DNA of 60,097 nt, counting the filler. It is 8 parts of 8 records of this genome, joined end to end, with 100 filler letters (N's around TTAATTAATTAA, not from the genome) between each part and the next. Parts side by side here need not be neighbours in the genome. Positions count along the whole stretch, not along the records: positions 54,919 to 60,097 come from SRR31147125_8960; 7 more parts are not named here. One strand, 5' to 3'. Numbering within the stretch: position 1 is the stretch's first letter; every line of letters starts with the position of its first letter. Below, piece after piece: positions 55,007-60,097 of this stretch. A program made the position numbers and the translations under genes. A model generated the notes under the pieces. It had not been told where the DNA came from. It searched no databases and worked only from the letters and a program-made list of their open reading frames with translations.

Positions 55007-55459
55007 CTATGTGCTATTTTGTATTTCTCCTCCTTGGTTAGAGGCTTTTTTACCAACTTCAAATGGTTTCTTTGTTAATGCATTGCGCTTGATTTGTTGT
55101 GTATTTACATAACTCCGTTTTTTAAAACTATTGTCTTTGGCAGTTTTCTTCAATTCAACTCTGTATAAATTATCTAATTGCTTTTTTGTAGGTGTTGCAG
55201 TTGTCATTGCTGATAAAACTACATGATTATCTTTATCTTCATCTGCTATCATGACAGGTCTTTTAGCGTATGGATTTTGCTTTTTATTTTGTTTTGTCTT
55301 TTTATATAATCCCCAATTATTTACGATGTATTTTGGATGCACAAAAAACACTTTTCTAATATTGCTATTTTTAGATTTCCAATACTTAATTGGGATGAGA
55401 AGATAATAAATAAAGATGTATATTGCTTTTGTAACTTTTATGATTAGATTTGTTAACAT
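55007..55459 (-). CDS. PemK/MazF-like protein with N-terminal hydrophobic segment
   Basis: AKRPVMI...VVLSAMTT...SYVNTQQI pattern resembles PemK/MazF. Confidence 0.5.
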   Translation of the reverse strand: MLTNLIIKVTKAIYIFIYYLLIPIKYWKSKNSNIRKVFFVHPKYIVNNWGLYKKTKQNKKQNPYAKRPVMIADEDKDNHVVLSAMTTATPTKKQLDNLYRVELKKTAKDNSFKKRSYVNTQQIKRNALTKKPFEVGKKASNQGGEIQNST

Positions 55460-55478
55460 ATTTATGATCCTTTTTTGA

Positions 55479-55856
55479 TTATATGTGCGCGTTATTTATA
55501 TATATTAAAATATATATAGCATTACTTGCTATTTTTTTTGCTTCAAGTGACTTTTTATTTGCTGATAGTTTACGTATCTCTGACTGTAGTTCTTCAATCT
55601 TATTTAGTTTTTGATTGATTATCTCCTGGTGTTCTTGATTCGTCGTAATAAACTTGGCTTTATCAACATAAATACGGTTATCTTCATATAGCTTAACAGA
55701 CTGATGCAAGTTAACTTTTGATTGATAATATGGTGCGATATATAAAGCATTCACGATAAAAAATACCGCAATCATAATTGCTAATGCTAGGACAACTATG
55801 GCACCTGCAGTAATACCCACAATTTTTAATATATATAAAGCTTGTTCTAAAGTCAT
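55479..55856 (-). CDS. Small membrane protein (N-terminal TM plus coiled coil)
   Basis: ~30-aa hydrophobic stretch and heptad-like C-terminus. Overlaps the ATPase stop (ATGA). Confidence 0.7.
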   Translation of the reverse strand: MTLEQALYILKIVGITAGAIVVLALAIMIAVFFIVNALYIAPYYQSKVNLHQSVKLYEDNRIYVDKAKFITTNQEHQEIINQKLNKIEELQSEIRKLSANKKSLEAKKIASNAIYILIYINNAHI

Positions 55857-56767
55857 GTTTGTTTCCCTCCATAATTTACAAATTTATCCATAGGGATATC
55901 ATTCATTGAGTTTTCAAGATTAAATGTATCAAAGTATGTAAGGTCACATGTACGCTCGATGTAATACTTACCTACTTCATAGCGATTAAAACCATTGTTT
56001 CCATTCGGAATCAATTTATAAAATGTAACCCACCAACCAAGTATAGTGATTTTAAATGCTCCGTTTTCCATCCACTCTTGATAGTTAAATCCTTTATGTA
56101 CTTGTACGTCAAAAACCTTTTTTGCAAGTGCCATAAGTTGTGTATCGACTTTTTGCATCTGTGTCCATAAAAAAATGTATTTGATAGTGTGTCTAACACC
56201 AATTGCATATTTTTGAAGTGGAATAAAAATATCATTGTACTCATTGGATCCGTTTTTCCTATAATTCAAATCGAAGTGTGCTTCATCAATTTGTATCGAT
56301 GCATACTTGTGATGATTTGGTCTTACTTTTATTTTCTTATGGAAGAAGTAAGTTAAAGGCTGAAGGCTGTGATATACATAATGTCGTCCTACACGTTCAT
56401 CAAAGCGTGGTTTTTCAAGTTTTGTTGTGACATATGAGCCTTTACCTGTCTTTAGTCTCCAACGTTCCATAAGTTCAAATGCGAGCGATGATTTACCAGC
56501 ACCTGTCCCACCTGTGCCAATGTAAACACCAGGCTCTTTAAAAGGATTGTCATCAGTTAGTTTTGATAAACTATTTAGCCATGAATTGACCCATATTTTA
56601 TGAAGTGGTTTCGTCAATACTCTCGCACGTCGATAGACGTCTTCACTCATCATCAATTTATTGTATCTTTTAATTAGTGGAACAAGTTTATTTGTAAGTT
56701 TTTGATTTACTTTTTGATTAGCTGTAGATAATGCATCAATGTTAGCTGCAATTTTTTTAATATCCAT
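55853..56767 (-). CDS. Zot/pI-like morphogenesis ATPase
   Basis: Walker A GGTGAGKSS, Walker B IQIDEAH, and RH..KYIFLWTQ...VD..L motif. GGAG RBS. Confidence 0.8.
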   Translation of the reverse strand: MDIKKIAANIDALSTANQKVNQKLTNKLVPLIKRYNKLMMSEDVYRRARVLTKPLHKIWVNSWLNSLSKLTDDNPFKEPGVYIGTGGTGAGKSSLAFELMERWRLKTGKGSYVTTKLEKPRFDERVGRHYVYHSLQPLTYFFHKKIKVRPNHHKYASIQIDEAHFDLNYRKNGSNEYNDIFIPLQKYAIGVRHTIKYIFLWTQMQKVDTQLMALAKKVFDVQVHKGFNYQEWMENGAFKITILGWWVTFYKLIPNGNNGFNRYEVGKYYIERTCDLTYFDTFNLENSMNDIPMDKFVNYGGKQT

Positions 56768-56847
56768 GATTCACACTCCAAATCTTACTATTTGTATACT
56801 AAACTGCGCTGGCCATGGGTGAAATGGATCCATTTTGTTTAGTATCA

Positions 56848-57066
56848 CTAAATTATCGCGTCATATGAGAAAACAAGACACACATAGATATGTCTTGTTT
56901 GTTTTCGATTGCTGATATTATCTCTTAACACGTTTAATCGTTTGCTTTTTCTTGTTTTTATAGTTTTTTTCTTGTTTGGGACAAATAGAAACTTACCTAT
57001 TTTATAAATACCTATACCTAATCGATAAGGTAATTTGACAATAAATATAACTAGACTAGTAAACAT
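56848..57066 (-). CDS. Small hydrophobic/basic protein (possible virion protein)
   Basis: AAGGAG RBS, amphipathic N-terminus then Lys-rich segment, overlaps the upstream gene end. Confidence 0.55.
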   Translation of the reverse strand: MFTSLVIFIVKLPYRLGIGIYKIGKFLFVPNKKKTIKTRKSKRLNVLRDNISNRKQTRHIYVCLVFSYDAII

Positions 57067-58369
57067 GTTGTTTCACTCCTTTTTGTTGTTTTTGTACATG
57101 TAACGGTACAACTAAAAATCTTATAATTTTAAAGGGTAGTTTTACCAGGATAACAATACCTTTAATAAACTTCTTGATTATCCAAACGATTAACCTCAAC
57201 AACATTAAGACATACGGTGCTAAAATGATTGCGATTATACCTAAAATGATTGCACCGATAGAACCGACATTTTCTTGAGCCCATGCAATCAGTCCATCAA
57301 TCATGGCTCTAGCATCTGCAAACATGGATAATATATAATCAATATCTGTTACTTTTGCACCAACGATAATACTATCAATGTCATCATAAGGGACATGATA
57401 ATATGTACCTTGATATTGATATAAAATATCTAGAATTGCAATGTCATCTGCAATTTCATAACCTGTTGATCCAAATGCATCAAATCTATCAATTAAAACT
57501 CGATACATGCTGTATTCATTATCAAAAAGTGATGACTCAGTGATAAGGTCTTTATCTTCTTTAAGTAGTTTATTATTGATTTTTGTTGTATATTTTTCTC
57601 GATAATCTTGTGTAGGATTAATTTCATTTAATGCATCATTAAAACTCACTTGTTCTGTATAACTCATACCTTTTGGAAATGCTTCAGGGATAACAAGTAT
57701 TTTAGACCATAACGGTGTTACATTGACACTTTGACCTTTGTATCTGATATCGGTAGAAGTTTTCCAATCTCCCCACGTAGACCAGACGTATTGGAATCTA
57801 TAATCATACTTGAACTCTATTTGAAGTAAATCATCAAGGTTAATATTAAATAACAAATCAAGATATGCTAGACGTCCATCATAATTAACGACACCCATGA
57901 TAGATAATTTTTCAGTCAATAAGTATTCTCCACTTGAAGTGTTCCAGTGCACAAAGGGTCTAAAACCGTATATGTTTTCTTCAATGTCTAAATATATGGG
58001 TTTATCAGATGCATCATTTTGAAACTCATAATATAGATATTTAATACCATCATCAGTATATAAGACACCAGGAGATAATGGCGATTTGCCTAACTCACTT
58101 TTACCAGGTAAATCAACATTTTGTAAAATGTAGGTTGCACCATTAGGATGCATGATATATAAGTCATAAAGATTTGTACCAGATACTTCAATAAAATTCA
58201 CAGATGCAGTCATTTGTGCATCATCTGCATACTCAATGTTACCTGGTGTATCTGGTATCTCTTGAAATGCACTGACTGTGATTGTTGTTTCTACAGCTTG
58301 AACAGTTAAGCCAGGTGCAAACAATATGCTTGCACCTAGTAAAATTGCGATGATGAGTTTTTTCATCAT
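57056..58369 (-). CDS. Signal-peptide protein with C-terminal TM anchor and basic tail (possible virion envelope/minor coat protein)
   Basis: AGGAG RBS, MMKKLIIAILL...VQA signal, C-terminal IGAIILGIIAIILAPYVLMLL. Confidence 0.7.
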   Translation of the reverse strand: MMKKLIIAILLGASILFAPGLTVQAVETTITVSAFQEIPDTPGNIEYADDAQMTASVNFIEVSGTNLYDLYIMHPNGATYILQNVDLPGKSELGKSPLSPGVLYTDDGIKYLYYEFQNDASDKPIYLDIEENIYGFRPFVHWNTSSGEYLLTEKLSIMGVVNYDGRLAYLDLLFNINLDDLLQIEFKYDYRFQYVWSTWGDWKTSTDIRYKGQSVNVTPLWSKILVIPEAFPKGMSYTEQVSFNDALNEINPTQDYREKYTTKINNKLLKEDKDLITESSLFDNEYSMYRVLIDRFDAFGSTGYEIADDIAILDILYQYQGTYYHVPYDDIDSIIVGAKVTDIDYILSMFADARAMIDGLIAWAQENVGSIGAIILGIIAIILAPYVLMLLRLIVWIIKKFIKGIVILVKLPFKIIRFLVVPLHVQKQQKGVKQHVY

Positions 58370-58381
58370 GATCAACTCCTA

Positions 58382-59962
58382 TCATGAAAGATTCACATAA
58401 AATATTTTAGCGATTAAATCAGCAATAAATTGATACAGTGTAATAAATAAATCCTTAGTCCATAACCATGCATCAACAACCCAGGTCCAAATCGCTGTTA
58501 ATACATTGATAAAACCAGTCCAAATCTTAACGAAAAGTGTAGGCTCTGCAGGTCTCAACTCTTCTAAATTAAAGACTTCGATGTTTTGAGTCACTTGTGT
58601 CACTTCGCCACTTGTTGATGTCATGGATAATGTGATTACATAACTACCTGGTATTTCTTCATGACCAAGATATGTGTTTTCATCAATCGTATATGATGCA
58701 AGTTCGATGTTATACATATCAGCCATAAAGTTAGCAAATTGCTCATTTGACATCATGTTTACATCTTCGATATATAAGATTTCATTTGTGAAATAAAACA
58801 CTGGTATTTCATCATCTACTGATGTGTATGTTCTTGTAAATGTTGTCACATTTCCATTTAAATCAGAGACTTGATATTGAACGCTATAAGTACCAGGCGT
58901 ACCATTGACAAAATCATGCGACACAATTTCAATATCACTTGTTAAATCGCCATCAATTTCATCTGATGCACTTAAGCCAATTAAAAAGTCACTCTCTTGT
59001 AAATGTTGTGTATACGAAACAGTGACATTCGCATCACCACTAAACACTGGATCGACTTCATCTATGAGTGAGAATTGAACAGTCATGTTTGAAGCATTTC
59101 CGCTTGCATCAGTTGCAGTCACAACGATATCATAAATACCAACAACATGATAAACATAGTCACTATAATCAATCGTAAAAGTAGGTGCAACATCATAGTT
59201 ATCAGTTGCTTCAAAGAAAGTGTCAATAAATGAGTCCCATTGTGCTTGTGTCATCTCAGGACTATCATATGATGCTTCAAATACTGCAGGACCATTATAT
59301 GTGATTTGTGGTGCTGTTAAATCTCTGACAACAATGTTAATGCTTGCTTGATTTTCATTGCCTTTGGAATCCATGACACCAAATGTGATGGTATAAGTGC
59401 CTAGTGTATCGCTATTTGATGTGTAATTATCATTTACAACATAAATGTCACTTGTTAAATCGCCATCAACTTCATCAATTGCAGTAATACCAGATATGTC
59501 TTTAATTTCTTCAATTGAATATGGATCATCTACATTTGCGAGTACAGTTTCTCCACCAATAGCAGGTGCGAAATCTTGCACCTCACGACGTATAGATAAG
59601 GACCCCCATGTTTCAGGTGTATTTTGTGATGCAGTCTTGATATACGTACCTTGAGGGAATAACACAAGAGAATAAGTTACATTAAATGATGCATCTATTT
59701 CTTGGATTAACTTAATGCCTTGTGTTGTGTTTTCGATAGGATAATAGTTTTGTCCGATTTTAACCTCATAATCAAACGCAGTAAAATCAAAAGCTATGTT
59801 GACAACTTCATCAACCTCGCTAGGTATATCTCCCACATAATAAACATAGTCATCACTAGACTCAAACCAATCGCTCGCATTTTCAATCGCATGAACCGGA
59901 TTGATAGTTAAAAATGATGCTAGCAATAAACTTAAAACTAAAAGTATTTTTTTGTGTTTCAT
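58382..59962 (-). CDS. Signal-peptide protein with tandem Ig-like (DUF5011-type) domains and a Trp-rich amphipathic C-terminal anchor (possible receptor-binding protein)
   Basis: AGGAGG RBS, ATG 59962, repeats A.DE.DGDLTSDI...GTY.....V.D..GN, tail KIWTGFINVLTAIWTWVVDAWLW. Confidence 0.75.
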   Translation of the reverse strand: MKHKKILLVLSLLLASFLTINPVHAIENASDWFESSDDYVYYVGDIPSEVDEVVNIAFDFTAFDYEVKIGQNYYPIENTTQGIKLIQEIDASFNVTYSLVLFPQGTYIKTASQNTPETWGSLSIRREVQDFAPAIGGETVLANVDDPYSIEEIKDISGITAIDEVDGDLTSDIYVVNDNYTSNSDTLGTYTITFGVMDSKGNENQASINIVVRDLTAPQITYNGPAVFEASYDSPEMTQAQWDSFIDTFFEATDNYDVAPTFTIDYSDYVYHVVGIYDIVVTATDASGNASNMTVQFSLIDEVDPVFSGDANVTVSYTQHLQESDFLIGLSASDEIDGDLTSDIEIVSHDFVNGTPGTYSVQYQVSDLNGNVTTFTRTYTSVDDEIPVFYFTNEILYIEDVNMMSNEQFANFMADMYNIELASYTIDENTYLGHEEIPGSYVITLSMTSTSGEVTQVTQNIEVFNLEELRPAEPTLFVKIWTGFINVLTAIWTWVVDAWLWTKDLFITLYQFIADLIAKIFYVNLS

Positions 59963-60097
59963 AATATAAAACCTCCTAATAAATTGTGATACATGTGTAT
60001 CTAATTCCAACATATCATGGTTTTTTGTCTTTGGTCTTTTAGGGAAGGTTGAAAACTGTTTAAAAAAATTTAAAGTCAATTATTTGTTAATCTTTTT

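Larger units (their letters stand above)
55007..59962 (-). mobile_element. Putative filamentous/enveloped phage (inovirus/plectrovirus-like) morphogenesis module, partial
   Basis: Six co-oriented, tightly packed genes: two large signal-peptide/C-terminal-anchor proteins, small membrane proteins and a Zot/pI ATPase. Confidence 0.65.

Noticed and set aside
55853-56767. Zonula occludens toxin as a virulence factor
   Set aside because: Only the pI-like ATPase domain is present, with no C-terminal toxin region.

Overview
The window is not one locus. It is eight unrelated contigs joined by identical 100-nt artificial linkers (N44-TTAATTAATTAA-N44): A 1-9159, B 9260-17092, C 17193-22495, D 22596-29637, E 29738-36860, F 36961-45706, G 45807-54818 and H 54919-60097. 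Many genes carry single frameshifts at homopolymer runs, most likely sequencing errors. A holds methyltransferases, a YpfJ-type metallopeptidase, a propeller/toroid protein, a TPR protein and leuS. B looks Acholeplasmatales/Izemoplasmatales-like and holds ptsI, an RRE-dependent peptide-modification cassette and a surface nuclease. C is a Ser/Thr kinase-SEL1 gene plus an FHA gene. D and G are Bacteroidales-like housekeeping and sugar-oxidoreductase loci. E is a sulfatase/aldolase/AraC catabolic cluster, F a surface-polysaccharide locus, and H a phage-like module with a Zot/pI ATPase. Three signals stand out. (1) In B, an unannotated 42-aa YxxP-leader precursor peptide (13523-13651) lies beside a PqqD/RRE, an HPr-kinase-like protein, an S24/S26 peptidase and an ABC exporter, with no lasso cyclase visible: a candidate undescribed RiPP-like system. 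(2) In H, an inovirus/plectrovirus-like or enveloped-virus-like morphogenesis module carries Ig-repeat surface proteins and a membrane-tethered PemK-like protein. (3) In A, a Leu-rich leader peptide and terminator form a candidate ribosome-dependent attenuator upstream of leuS. All product calls come from motif recognition by eye; no database searches were run.
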